A stretch of DNA of 64,000 bases, taken from assembly GCA_965204345.1 (NCBI GenBank), contig OZ241981.1, positions 512,001 through 576,000 of the forward strand. The letters are read 5' to 3'. The notes beneath the pieces are model-generated. The model saw only the letters and a program-made list of their open reading frames with translations. It searched no databases and had not been told where the DNA came from. This stretch comes from Nitrosopumilus sp. Lineage in GTDB: Archaea > Thermoproteota > Nitrososphaeria > Nitrososphaerales > Nitrosopumilaceae. Below are positions 1-10,325 of this stretch, one piece after another (position 1 is the stretch's first letter; each line of letters opens with the position of its first letter). The position numbers and the translations under genes were made by a program.

Positions 1-171
1 ACGAAAAAGACCTAGAAAATAATCCAAACACTTATCCATCAAGGAATATCTGAAATTAGTAATTGGTTTGCACGCCAAATTATGTTAACCTAGCTAGTGG
101 CTCATACCCCTAGTCAGGATTTCATAATACTTGAGGGGACTTGCCCCTCAAGGACATTAAAAATTATTCAA

Positions 172-789
172 TTAAACTACCCATTCAGATATTTCAATAT
201 CCATACCTTCTTGCGATTCATGTTTCACAATTTTTTTTACTGCATTTACCTCAAAAATTATGTGATCATGATCTTCTTCAATCAAGCCAATTCCAAGAAT
301 AGTTTTGTCCTTATTAGAATAGTCAGATAAAACATCACAGAAAATTTTCAACATATTGTCTATATCTTTATTATATCGCGTGTATTGTTTAGGATCTTTA
401 AATAGGTAAAAACATACAGAGACAGATAATCGTTTACCTCTTGTTTTCCTTTTAATATTAGAAATATCAGCAATTTCTTTAGATAATTTTTCTTGTAATA
501 GCTTTTTATGACATGCATCAGTTTTTCCACCTCCAGTCATAGGAGTAAATTCTCGGATAGAAAATTTGGCCAGCAGATGTTCACCGTAGATTTTTTTTAT
601 TTTCCTCTCCTGATATTGTTGTATAAAAAAGAAAGCGATAATAGATACAATCCCCCAACCTATTGCCCATTCGATTCTATGTTCAGTCAGTGAATGAAGA
701 CTGAATGCAACCAAAATACCAATAGCTAGAATATATAGTACAAACTTATTTTGAAAGTGTAATAATTGCACATTATGTTTTTTTGTCAT
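172..789 (-). CDS. Membrane-anchored RusA-like nuclease (two N-terminal TM helices plus RusA/Holliday-junction resolvase-like domain)
   Basis: Hydrophobic segments FVLYILAIGILVAFSL and WAIGWGIVSIIAFFFI; RusA-type motif DIDNMLKIFCDVL followed by GLIEEDHDHII..VKK..EGMDIEI. Confidence 0.6.
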   Translation of the reverse strand: MTKKHNVQLLHFQNKFVLYILAIGILVAFSLHSLTEHRIEWAIGWGIVSIIAFFFIQQYQERKIKKIYGEHLLAKFSIREFTPMTGGGKTDACHKKLLQEKLSKEIADISNIKRKTRGKRLSVSVCFYLFKDPKQYTRYNKDIDNMLKIFCDVLSDYSNKDKTILGIGLIEEDHDHIIFEVNAVKKIVKHESQEGMDIEISEWVV

Positions 790-817
790 TTTATTTAATT
801 CCTAAATTTTTAATCAA

Positions 818-1090
818 CTATATTTTTTTACCAGGAGGTAATATTGTACCTTTTAGATGATAGCAACAATCATTTTTTAATAATGAACTTACTTTTTCAT
901 TAAATTCTTCCCAACCAGAATGAGAATGATAAATTGACTCAACATTACATGTAACATCAGTGATTTTACGTTCTTGATCAATAACCAAAATAAATACTGC
1001 AATAACTCTATGTCCATCGTAAATTAATTCTTGACATACACGTAATCATCCATCGATTACTCCAGCATTTTCAATCAACAGTAAACCCAT
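818..1090 (-). pseudogene. Small ORF of about 90 codons interrupted by an in-frame TGA
   Basis: ATG at 1090, TGA at 1048-1046, then the same frame stays open (LRVCQELIYDGHRVIAVFILV...LPPGKKI) to TAG at 820-818. Confidence 0.35.
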
Positions 1091-1149
1091 GTTTAATTAA
1101 CACAGGTCTTAAATCAACTTCAAACACATAAAGAAAATCACGCCAGAGT

Positions 1150-1470
1150 CTATGAAATCTGGACTTGTACGTATTGAGTCAACAGTTGAGAGTATTCTTC
1201 TTTGATTCTAAACTTGTAAGGAATTTTTACTTCTTCATTAGAATCAGCAACTCCTTCTGGGAACTCGGGATAAGTTTCAATGACTTTTACTTCATTGATT
1301 AATCTATCAAGAGTAAACCAAATTGATGCCTCATCAAACTTAATTTTATTTTTAAGAGTTTCAAAATCATATCCTGTGTTATTTTTTGCAAATAATTGAC
1401 CTAAAGATCTACAAGTGTTGCTAGTATTAGGACTGGCAAATGCTTCTCTCATTATTTGTTCTGGATTCAT
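1150..1470 (-). CDS. Hypothetical protein, possibly winged-helix-like
   Basis: 106-aa ATG-started ORF in an AT-rich island; no recognised motif. Confidence 0.5.
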   Translation of the reverse strand: MNPEQIMREAFASPNTSNTCRSLGQLFAKNNTGYDFETLKNKIKFDEASIWFTLDRLINEVKVIETYPEFPEGVADSNEEVKIPYKFRIKEEYSQLLTQYVQVQIS

Positions 1471-2007
1471 TTTAATTCCTCGTGAGATTGAATTTCGACA
1501 ATCTCACTATAAAACCTTTCATAGCAATCACTAGTGAAAAATGCCTTATCAACAAGGGTATGTAATATGAAGAAACTACCAATTAATCCACAGGAATGGC
1601 GACCAAGCATTAGATGTTTGATGAGTCAAGAGATATTTATCATTCTCAAATAAGGATATTTGATTTTGTTGGAAAAAAGTAAAAGTTTGGGGAGCCTATG
1701 AAATTAGGGCAAATATAAGATCTTAAATTTTAGATCCAGAACATGTAGTTTTATTTATAAAAAATTCATCTTTAAAAAATATTTTTGATCTATCAAAAAC
1801 AATGCAACCAAACGATTGAGTTTTAGAAGTTGTTTGATATCTATAAACAAATTTGGTTTCTAATTTTAGAGGATTTCTGCATCTTTTTAATTTCTCTTTT
1901 TGTATTTGATTAATCAGTCCAGTAATTTGTTAAAATCCAATTTGGCCAAGATTCATTTTCATATTTTGTATAATAGGACACCGGACCCTAGTTGTCTCCC
2001 CTGTACA

Positions 2008-3897
2008 CTACATTCTATTAGGAGCTCTTATCCCAAGTAAGTCCAGTGCCTTCTCCAGAGTAATTTTAAAAGAGTTTACCAGGCATAAGCGAGATTCTTC
2101 AAGAGATTCATCATCCAAACCCAAGACCTTGGATTTTTCATAAAAAGAGTTGAACGCGACTGCAAGGTTATGACAGTATCTGGCAATTATCTTTGGAGAT
2201 AAATTATTTGCAGCATCTCTTACTTGTAAGTTAAAGAGACCGATATTTTTAATCAAGTCTAGTTCAAACGGCTCTTTTAGCAAAGAAAAATCAACGTCAA
2301 ATGAAGGAGTGCGGCCAGATTTTTCCACAATTCTTGATGCACGAGCATGAGTATACTGGATGTATGGTGCAGTATCACCCTCCAGACTAAGGGACTTTGT
2401 CAAGTCAAACGTAATAATTTTATCCAAATCCTGTTTTATCATCTCATATCGTAGCGTACCAACTGAAACATGGTGTGCAATTTGTTCTATTTGAGAAGAA
2501 TCCATTTCAGGATGTCGCCTAGAGGTTTCTGCCTTTGTTTTTTCTTTTAGCATATCATATACGGAATCGGCATTAACATACAATCCCTTTCGTCCAGACA
2601 TTTGGGCTTGCTTTCCATCAGTTTCTAATCCAAGGGTTTTTGCAGTATCAGAGCTTAGAGTAACAGACTCGTATCCCAAATGAACATATGCGTCTGGGAC
2701 TGATTTGAACTTGCCCATCAGTGATGTAACAATTTTTTGCAGTCTAGCCTGTCTAGAATCAATTACAGTCACAACCTTTTCAGCAGCAAAGTTTTGGGGC
2801 GTATTGGCACCACCATTACCCAATGCGGTTTGCCACAAAACTCTAGATAATGGCTGGGAACTCGGATATTTTTCATATCTGAAAGGATCATCTAACAGGC
2901 CTAATTTCCATGCGGCATAAGGAATGTCCTTTGCAACATAGGTTGCAGTCCCATTGCTTCGGACAATTACCTTATCCTCTTCTTTTCCTTTGCCACGAAT
3001 CACCCAACAGCCCTTGTTTTTTCCATCATCCTCAAATTCTACAAGATTCATTTCTTTGAGTTTTTCAAAGATTTTACCCCACAGACCCGAACGAATTATC
3101 TGGGATTCAAAATTCAGGCAATCATATGAGACGCCTAAATTCCAGCAAGTTTCAAGCTGTCCTGCCAAAACACGACGTGTGATTTTGTCTGCAAACTTTG
3201 CAGTTTCAGATTCGCCGTCTTCAAGTTCCTTTAGAACATTCTTTCTGATCTCCTCAAGACTCGGGTCAGTCTCATATTTCTCAGTGGTCTTGACATAGAC
3301 ATCATCCCCACAATAATGATCAAATTTTTTTCGGTCAGGAGGTTCCAAATCATATCCAAGATGCCTGAATCCAACTATGATATCGGCTACTTGTAGTCCA
3401 GAATCATCAACATAGTTTAACACGTTGACCTTGTAGCTTGCTTTTTCCAAAATCCTAGATACGGTATCGCCAATTATGATATTTCGTATGTGGCCAATGT
3501 GAAGGGCCTTATTTGGATTTACGCTGGTATGTTCAACTGTAATTACAGAATTATTGCCAATCCCAACATCGCCAAAAGTATCAAGGTACGACTCAGACAA
3601 AATCAACTGACTGAGCCTGTTCCAATTGGCAACAAAGTTAAGATATCCTGAGGCATGTGGTACAGAATTTAGCACCAGGGTGCTTGCACATCTGGAATAT
3701 TTTTCAGATAGCATTTCAGAGATTTCTTTGGGGCTTTTTTTGAGCTGCTTTGCAAGTAGAAACGGAAGATTGGAACTGACATCTCCAAAACCAGTTTTTG
3801 CAGGTTCGACAGAAAATGATACGTCTGAAACAGACAGATCAGATAAAATTTTGTTTAAGTTATTTTCAATTTCATCGATAATAGACTTGAATGTCAT
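2008..3897 (-). CDS. argS: Arginine--tRNA ligase
   Basis: VEHTSVNPNKALHIGHIRN (HIGH motif), MSGRKG, PYIQYTHARA, anticodon-binding C-terminus ending APNRM. Confidence 0.97.
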   Translation of the reverse strand: MTFKSIIDEIENNLNKILSDLSVSDVSFSVEPAKTGFGDVSSNLPFLLAKQLKKSPKEISEMLSEKYSRCASTLVLNSVPHASGYLNFVANWNRLSQLILSESYLDTFGDVGIGNNSVITVEHTSVNPNKALHIGHIRNIIIGDTVSRILEKASYKVNVLNYVDDSGLQVADIIVGFRHLGYDLEPPDRKKFDHYCGDDVYVKTTEKYETDPSLEEIRKNVLKELEDGESETAKFADKITRRVLAGQLETCWNLGVSYDCLNFESQIIRSGLWGKIFEKLKEMNLVEFEDDGKNKGCWVIRGKGKEEDKVIVRSNGTATYVAKDIPYAAWKLGLLDDPFRYEKYPSSQPLSRVLWQTALGNGGANTPQNFAAEKVVTVIDSRQARLQKIVTSLMGKFKSVPDAYVHLGYESVTLSSDTAKTLGLETDGKQAQMSGRKGLYVNADSVYDMLKEKTKAETSRRHPEMDSSQIEQIAHHVSVGTLRYEMIKQDLDKIITFDLTKSLSLEGDTAPYIQYTHARASRIVEKSGRTPSFDVDFSLLKEPFELDLIKNIGLFNLQVRDAANNLSPKIIARYCHNLAVAFNSFYEKSKVLGLDDESLEESRLCLVNSFKITLEKALDLLGIRAPNRM

Positions 3898-3898
3898 G

Positions 3899-4594
3899 TT
3901 ATATCTCAGATAGCTTGGGTGCTAATTTATCTAATGCCTCAAGAACACCCTCTCCTGCACTAGCAGAGACTGTCATAGTAGCCCTTGATTTTACATAATC
4001 TGAAGCATTACCCAGTGCAACGCTTGTTTTTGAGACCTCAAACAGTGAGACGTCAGTGGCACTATCGCCAATGGCTATAACATCGTCTTTTAAAATTGAC
4101 AGCCTCTCCATGATTTTGGTAAATCCAGTCCCCTTGTCAATTCCAGGGGAATTGAGGTGGTATGCATATTGGCTGTCAGATAATTTTACATCAACGTGAT
4201 TGTCTGAAAGAACCTTTCTTGCAAGATCCAAGTCAAAGGTTCTCTCCAAAACAACTTCAGTCATCCTAGGAAAGACAGGCTTTTCCTTGACATTCTCAAC
4301 ATTGTTTTTGATTATTTCTAATGCTTTTTTACATTCCCCAAGGTTGCCAAGCAAGATATGTTCATCAGAATCCAGCGTAATGCATCCGCCGTTTTCACCA
4401 ACGGTAATTTTTGTGGTACCTCCAAAAACAGAAAGCAAAAAGCCTTCAACAGATGAGCGGCCAGTTACAAAGATAACATTATGGCCCATGGCAGTCAAGC
4501 GTCTTAATGCCCCTAGTGCTTCAAGGTGAATTCTCCCTCCGCCGTTTTCAGTAATGGTTCCATCAATATCTACGGCAAATGTTCTCTTTTTCAC
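3899..4594 (-). CDS. HAD-superfamily (Cof-type) phosphoglycolate phosphatase
   Basis: DIDGTIT, VTGR, GENGG and DKG..IAIGDSATD HAD motifs. Confidence 0.85.
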   Translation of the reverse strand: MKKRTFAVDIDGTITENGGGRIHLEALGALRRLTAMGHNVIFVTGRSSVEGFLLSVFGGTTKITVGENGGCITLDSDEHILLGNLGECKKALEIIKNNVENVKEKPVFPRMTEVVLERTFDLDLARKVLSDNHVDVKLSDSQYAYHLNSPGIDKGTGFTKIMERLSILKDDVIAIGDSATDVSLFEVSKTSVALGNASDYVKSRATMTVSASAGEGVLEALDKLAPKLSEI

Positions 4595-4683
4595 AAAAAT
4601 TGTTTTTAGAACCGAATAATATTTGCTACGTATCTAAAGTAATACGGTTTTATTTGAAAGAATGACACAAGAGATGAGCAGTA

Positions 4684-5793
4684 TTGGGAATTCCTGAAAA
4701 AATCAAGGCCATACAAGACGAGATGGCAAAAACCCAGATCAACAAAGCTACAGAACATCACCTGGGATTGCTCAAAGCAAAGATTGCAAAGTTGAAAAGA
4801 GAGCAGGAGGCAGACATTACCAAAAAATCAGGAATGAAGCAGGACGGATTTGATGTAAGGAGAAGCGGTGATGCCACAGTCGTATTTATCGGATTGCCAA
4901 GTGTTGGAAAATCAACATTGCTAAACAAGATGACAGGGGCAAAATCCACGGTAGGTGCTTTTCAGTTTACAACACTTACAGTGGTTCCGGGAATGATGGA
5001 ATATAGGGGTGCAAAGATCCAAGTACTAGATCTTCCAGGAATCATCAAGGGTGCATCCACAGGCAAAGGACTGGGAAAGAGAATCTTGTCAGTTGCAAGA
5101 AGCGCAGACCTAGTATTATTGGTGCTAGACGTGTTTCAGCCATATCATGAAGACGTGCTAGTAAACGAATTAGGAAACATAGGAATTAGATTAAATCAGT
5201 TACCGCCAAACATCACAATTGAAAAAGCATCCATGGGGGGAATTGCAATTGCACAGCAAGTTAAATTAACAAAAATTACGGAAAAACATCTCAAAGACAT
5301 TTTGCATCTTTATGGAATAGTAAGCGCACGTGTGGTAATAAGGGAAGACCTCACCTCAGAGCAGCTATCAGACCATATTGCAGGAAACATCAGCTATTCA
5401 AAGGCAATTACAATTTTAAACAAAATCGATTTAGTTGATCAGGCGTTCTTGAAAAATTTAAAAACAAAAATAAAATCAGAGGTGATAGAGGTATCTGCAA
5501 ACTCGGATGTAAACATTGAGGTACTAAAAGAAAGAATATATGAAAAATTAAAATTTATCAGAATTTATCTCAGGCCAAAAGGAGGGGAAACGGATTTCAA
5601 GGAGCCGCTGATTGCAAGGGAGGGAGACACAGTTGAAGACATTTGTAACAAATTACACAGAAGGCTAAGACGTGAGTTTAGGTACGGCTTGGTTTGGGGC
5701 AAAAGCGTAAAATTTGGAGGACAAAGGGTGGGCTTGAACCATATTTTGATTGATGAGGATGTGTTAACAATAATCAAAAGAAAAGGAGCATAG
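4684..5793 (+). CDS. DRG/OBG-family GTPase with TGS domain
   Basis: GLPSVGKST, FTTL, DLPGII, NKID; N-terminal KTQINKATEHHLGLLKAK typical of DRG. Confidence 0.95.
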   Translation: MGIPEKIKAIQDEMAKTQINKATEHHLGLLKAKIAKLKREQEADITKKSGMKQDGFDVRRSGDATVVFIGLPSVGKSTLLNKMTGAKSTVGAFQFTTLTVVPGMMEYRGAKIQVLDLPGIIKGASTGKGLGKRILSVARSADLVLLVLDVFQPYHEDVLVNELGNIGIRLNQLPPNITIEKASMGGIAIAQQVKLTKITEKHLKDILHLYGIVSARVVIREDLTSEQLSDHIAGNISYSKAITILNKIDLVDQAFLKNLKTKIKSEVIEVSANSDVNIEVLKERIYEKLKFIRIYLRPKGGETDFKEPLIAREGDTVEDICNKLHRRLRREFRYGLVWGKSVKFGGQRVGLNHILIDEDVLTIIKRKGA

Positions 5794-6085
5794 CAGTATC
5801 AGAGATGGATCAAAAAATGATCAGCAAAGGCAAGTAAAAAGCGAGATAACAAAAAAGACGCAACTGGAATTAAAAAAAACAGCTTTTGCAAGCACAAAAA
5901 AGAGTTCAAGCTGCATGTTACATTAGAACAAGAAATAACAAGACATAATCAAAGACAAAAAACAGATCGGATAAAATAACGATCAAGGGAGAAAATTATG
6001 AAAAACTACTTGACAAATAGTAATCAATTTGTGTAAATTTCTTTAGTTTAACCACTGAAAAACAATGAAAATGTCGAATTCAGTA

Positions 6086-6442
6086 ATGGCTACAAAAAGA
6101 AAAGCTGCTGTTAAACGTAGACCAACTAAAAAATCTACAAAAGCAGCTCCAAAAAGAAAAGCTACTAGAAAGACTGCCGTTAAACGTAAAGCAGCTCCAA
6201 AGAGAAAGGCAGCAGCAAAACGTAAAGCAGCTCCAAAGAGAAAGACTGCCGTTAAACGTAAAGCAGCTCCAAAGAGAAAGGCAGCAGCAAAACGTAAAGC
6301 AGCTCCAAAGAGAAAGACTGCCGTTAAACGTAAAGCAGCTCCAAAGAGAAAGGCAGCAGCAAAACGTAAAGCAGCTCCAAAGAGAAAGACTGCCGTTAAA
6401 CGTAAAGCAGCTCCAAAGAGAAAGGCAGCTAAAAGGCGATAA
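6086..6442 (+). CDS. Histone H1-like, Lys/Arg/Ala-rich repeat protein
   Basis: MATKRKAAVKRR followed by KTAVKRKAAPKRKAAAKRKAAPKR repeats; alternative ATGs at 6065 and 6071. Confidence 0.75.
   Translation: MATKRKAAVKRRPTKKSTKAAPKRKATRKTAVKRKAAPKRKAAAKRKAAPKRKTAVKRKAAPKRKAAAKRKAAPKRKTAVKRKAAPKRKAAAKRKAAPKRKTAVKRKAAPKRKAAKRR
6167..6429 (+). repeat. 72-bp coding tandem repeat, about 3.6 copies
   Basis: agactgccgttaaacgtaaagcagc recurs at 6171, 6243, 6315 and 6387 with essentially identical copies. Confidence 0.95.
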
Positions 6443-6643
6443 GACCGTCAAAAAATTAACAATCGTCATGCAGACGACGAATTGTTTCCATTTTTCTAAA
6501 TACTAAATTAGTGTTGACTGTAAATTTTTTTTCAAAAGAAAAAAATTAAAAAAATGAAACTAAAAAACAAGTTTTGATTCTCAATTAGCTTTCTTTGGCC
6601 GAATTAATCATTCGTGTACCACATAAAAAACAAATTTTGATTG

Positions 6644-8305
6644 TCAATAAAGATAGCTCATTAATTTAATTTGATCTTCAGTTGTGATGACATTTTTGCT
6701 TGTCAAAATTTCCAACAGATCCTTAAAAATTGCCTTTTGTTCAGAGGACATGCCGCCAGATGGGCCCTTTTCTCCCGGCGGGCCAGGCGGACCCCTGGGA
6801 CCGGCAAGACCTATAGGGCCTTGTTCGCCAACAGGACCCTGTTCGCCAATGGTTCCAATGGGGCCGATGGGGCCGCGCTCACCTTGTGGGCCTTGAATTC
6901 CTTGCGGGCCCTGTGGGCCTTTTTCTCCAGAGGGACCAGTTGTTCCGCGCTCACCTTGGGAACCTTGCGGGCCCTGTGGGCCTTTTTCTCCAGTTGAACC
7001 AATGGGCCCTGTGGGGCCTTTTTCCCCAATGGGACCAAGTGCGCCCTTGTTTCCTTTTTCTCCCTGAGGGCCCGGAACTCCGGTTAATCCTTTAGCGCCG
7101 GCAGGACCCTGCGGGCCTTGTGGGCCTTTTTCTCCAATTGTACCTTCAGGACCCTTGTTTCCTTTTTCTCCAATGGGACCGGGGGGACCTACATGGCCTT
7201 TGTCACCGGATGGTCCAGTCGGACCGGTTAATCCCTTGTCACCTAATGGCCCGGGCGGACCCAACGGGCCTTTTTCTCCAATGGGACCCAACGGGCCTTT
7301 TTCTCCAATGGGACCGGGGCCGCCTTGAATTCCTTTTTCTCCTTGAACGCCAGTAAGACCGGTGGGACCTTTTTCTCCGGGAGGACCAGTAGTACCGGTT
7401 AATCCCTTGTCACCGGGAGGACCTTGTATGCCCTTGTCACCTTTTTCTCCGGGAACTCCCCTTAGTCCAGTAGCACCCTTGTCGCCGGTCGGACCGGTTG
7501 GGCCTTTTTCTCCAGTAGAACCAAGTGGGCCTTTTAATCCAGACAGTCCCTTGTCGCCGGGAGGACCAGTAGGGCCTTTTTCTCCCTTGTCACCTGGAGG
7601 ACCGGTAACTCCCTTGTCACCCTTGTCACCCTTGTCGCCGGTAATTCCCTTGTCGCCGGTAATTCCCTTGTCACCTGCAATTCCCTTGTCACCAGTTGAA
7701 CCCTTATCGCCGGTCGGACCCTTATCGCCGGTCGGACCCTTTGATCCCTCAGGACCCTTAATTCCAATTGGACCTTGTTGTCCGGGAGGGCCTGCAGGAC
7801 CCTTGTCGCCGGGAGGACCAGTAGAACCTGTCAGTCCCTTGTTGCCTGGAGGACCAGTAGGACCAGTAGAACCTGTGAGAGTGGATTTTACAGAACGTCC
7901 AGATTTTGGACTTTTAGCATCAGTTTTTGTTGGAGGTTTTGGTGTTGGTTCAAATTTAGTTCCATGCTGTAAGGGAGATGTTCTTGCTAAAGGAATATCA
8001 AAAACCGTGTGTAATGAAGAGAATAAATCAGTTACAACAATCCAAATTTTATCAAGACTTGCAATGGAGGCAGGGAGGGGATTGGAAGGAGTGCCAAGAG
8101 TTTCAGAAAAACTGCCATCCTTAACTCTAAGATGGAAATTTCCACGCCATAAAGATGAGAATTGTCTGGATCGAATCTCCTCATCTGAGGGTCTGCTATC
8201 AGTAATTGTGATTTGGGCTTCATATACACCAGATTGTTTGAATGGTGCCTGCCCCTGAATCTCTAATCGTGGCTGAGAGGACACAATCGTTTGTTGATAT
8301 TTCAA
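6644..8305 (-). CDS. Collagen-like protein (N-terminal globular domain, about 125 G-X-Y triplets, short C-terminal helix)
   Basis: Uninterrupted G-X-Y run at about 6758-7873 rich in [12 protein letters not shown]. Confidence 0.9.
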   Translation of the reverse strand: MKYQQTIVSSQPRLEIQGQAPFKQSGVYEAQITITDSRPSDEEIRSRQFSSLWRGNFHLRVKDGSFSETLGTPSNPLPASIASLDKIWIVVTDLFSSLHTVFDIPLARTSPLQHGTKFEPTPKPPTKTDAKSPKSGRSVKSTLTGSTGPTGPPGNKGLTGSTGPPGDKGPAGPPGQQGPIGIKGPEGSKGPTGDKGPTGDKGSTGDKGIAGDKGITGDKGITGDKGDKGDKGVTGPPGDKGEKGPTGPPGDKGLSGLKGPLGSTGEKGPTGPTGDKGATGLRGVPGEKGDKGIQGPPGDKGLTGTTGPPGEKGPTGLTGVQGEKGIQGGPGPIGEKGPLGPIGEKGPLGPPGPLGDKGLTGPTGPSGDKGHVGPPGPIGEKGNKGPEGTIGEKGPQGPQGPAGAKGLTGVPGPQGEKGNKGALGPIGEKGPTGPIGSTGEKGPQGPQGSQGERGTTGPSGEKGPQGPQGIQGPQGERGPIGPIGTIGEQGPVGEQGPIGLAGPRGPPGPPGEKGPSGGMSSEQKAIFKDLLEILTSKNVITTEDQIKLMSYLY

Positions 8306-8408
8306 GTATTTCTGTATTTAGATCGCATCAATACTTTCAAAACAGAGTGAGATGCCAATAGGCTCAATTAAGGATGGTATTTATCTAGATAAAATCGCAA
8401 TTTGAGCT

Positions 8409-9530
8409 GTGAAGAAGCCATTTGGTAGAAAATCAAAGGAGCCTGAGGAGGTAAAACCAGAGAAGACAATTCCTCGAGAAAGAAGCCTAGTTGATCCAAA
8501 CTATAATCACAAAAAATTATTCAAAAAAGGAGTCAACCTCATGGCAGATGAAAAGTTAGAGGAGGCCATAGATATTTTTGAGCAGGCACTACGAATAGAG
8601 CCGGACAATATTGAAACCTTGATCAAGTTAGGATATGCAAGATTCCACCTAGACGAACACGCAAATGCATTAAAAGTATACGACAGGATTTTGGAACTAG
8701 ATGTTGCAAATCCAGAAGCCTGGAATCTCAAAGGACTGGTGCACTATGAACAAAAAAATTATGCAAAGGCACTAGATGCGGTTCAGAAGGCAATTGAATC
8801 GGATCCAACATACGGCATGGCATGGTATAATCAAGCATGTTTCCTATCACTGCTAAACCAAGTTCCAGAGTCATTAGAATCACTCAAGCGCTCAATTGAA
8901 ATCGATGTGAAAAATGCAAGAAAGTCAATTAGAGACAAGGATTTTGTAAATGTTAGAATCGAGGAGGGGTTCAAGAGAATTGAGGAGGTAGTAGTTTTAG
9001 AATCAATCAGACAGGGATATCACACCTTGGGTGCAATTGTATGGACGACATTTTTAGACAAGATTGATGCTGAAACAGCTTTGAGAAAACTGTTGGAGAA
9101 AGGATTAATCGTACAAAACGAGAAACGTGACGGGCTAAGTAAAATTCCAATATATGATCTTGCAGATAACATTGCAGAAAAAATTGGAAAAGAAAAGAAG
9201 GGATTGTTTGGAATTACAAGAAAGACACTGCCAAAGCCAATCAAGAACCTAAAGGAACTCAGCCAGGCAATTCAGACAGTGAAAGAATCAATAGAGACAG
9301 AAGACCTGGATAAAACATTAGAGACATTTGAGGTGTTCATAGACCCTGCAAAATCAGGAGAACAGATGATAGAGAACTTTTTTGATGAACACAGGGAGAT
9401 TAGGTTATGGAAGATCAGGCTAAATGATAGGGGAGAAGAGTATCTAGCTGAAAATAAGGAAAAGATGCTGGTATTGTTTGAGAATATCGGAGGCACAGTG
9501 ACAAAAAAGCTTAGACGTGAAATTTCCTAG
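8409..9530 (+). CDS. TPR-repeat protein with probable winged-helix segment
   Basis: TPR patterns (A..IFEQALRIEPDN, AWNLKG, AWYNQAC); LRKLLEKGLI wHTH-like segment. Confidence 0.85.
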   Translation: MKKPFGRKSKEPEEVKPEKTIPRERSLVDPNYNHKKLFKKGVNLMADEKLEEAIDIFEQALRIEPDNIETLIKLGYARFHLDEHANALKVYDRILELDVANPEAWNLKGLVHYEQKNYAKALDAVQKAIESDPTYGMAWYNQACFLSLLNQVPESLESLKRSIEIDVKNARKSIRDKDFVNVRIEEGFKRIEEVVVLESIRQGYHTLGAIVWTTFLDKIDAETALRKLLEKGLIVQNEKRDGLSKIPIYDLADNIAEKIGKEKKGLFGITRKTLPKPIKNLKELSQAIQTVKESIETEDLDKTLETFEVFIDPAKSGEQMIENFFDEHREIRLWKIRLNDRGEEYLAENKEKMLVLFENIGGTVTKKLRREIS

Positions 9531-10325
9531 TTATTCAGCAGACAGATCCCAATAATTGGCATCTTCTTGCTTTTGAGTGGGTTTTTGAAGATTCTTCCAT
9601 TCCTTAAAGGAGCGAACATACAATCGGGTATTTGGCAATCCTGCAGATTTTAATGCATAGTATGCCAAGCCAGAGAGGGTTCCAACACTGCCACAATAGG
9701 TGATAATTTCAGAACTTTCAGTCACGCCGCGATTATCCAGCAGCCTTTTCATGTCTTCTTTTGGGCGTAAAATCTTATCAGAAGTGGCCAAGGTACGATA
9801 AGGCAGACTAATGGCGCCAGGAATGTGCTGTTCAAGAAAATTTAGCCTTTCCCGATTATCTATTAGGATGACATTGTCTCTGGCTTTTGCAGCCTCCAGA
9901 TAATCAGAGGTTGCCAAGATCTCAGGCTGTAATTTCACAGAGTGCTCCTTGCTTTGAATTTGAGGAATTGCAGAATCAGTTTCCAATCCAAGTGATTTCC
10001 AATTGCCATAGGTGGTTTCAAGTAATGTGACATCAGAATGCCCCAAATATTCCAGCGTCCATGCAACTCTTGATGCCAGAGCACCAAAGGTATCATCATA
10101 AACAACTACGGGGGTTTCATCATCAATGCCCATGGAATTTACAAGTTTTAAGACTTGTTCGGGACTATCATCAGACAAGAGATTGGCCAATGGAAGGTTT
10201 ACGGCAGAAGGAATGTGGTCCTGCTTGTAATCATCCTCTCGCCTGACATCAACTACTCTAACACTCTTATCCCTTATCTCTGAACGTAAAGAATCAACGT
10301 CAGTTGTTATTTTAGCAGAGTCCAT
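9531..10325 (-). CDS. Tandem-domain rhodanese/thiosulfate sulfurtransferase
   Basis: VVDVR..Y...HIPSAVN, VVVYD, IDNR..F...HIPGA, ITYCGSVG active site; ATG overlaps the upstream stop (TGATG). Confidence 0.9.
   Translation of the reverse strand: MDSAKITTDVDSLRSEIRDKSVRVVDVRREDDYKQDHIPSAVNLPLANLLSDDSPEQVLKLVNSMGIDDETPVVVYDDTFGALASRVAWTLEYLGHSDVTLLETTYGNWKSLGLETDSAIPQIQSKEHSVKLQPEILATSDYLEAAKARDNVILIDNRERLNFLEQHIPGAISLPYRTLATSDKILRPKEDMKRLLDNRGVTESSEIITYCGSVGTLSGLAYYALKSAGLPNTRLYVRSFKEWKNLQKPTQKQEDANYWDLSAE

Noticed and set aside
1046-1048. In-frame TGA codons (here and at 52527) as selenocysteine or recoding
   Set aside because: Not at redox Cys positions; TGA is a normal stop in many genes here; other lesions are TAA or frameshifts, consistent with decay
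1560-1830. Possible gene relic upstream of the argS terminus
   Set aside because: Multiple stops and no recognisable family
6167-6429. Regular repeats resembling a CRISPR array
   Set aside because: No unique spacers; in-frame 72-bp coding tandem repeat; no cas genes
6080-6469. Antisense Cys/Trp-rich repeat ORF
   Set aside because: Mirror of the H1-like repeat gene; the plus-strand product is far more plausible
7362-8258. 298-aa plus-strand Pro/Gly ORF and other short overlapping ORFs
   Set aside because: Antisense shadows of the collagen G-X-Y codons
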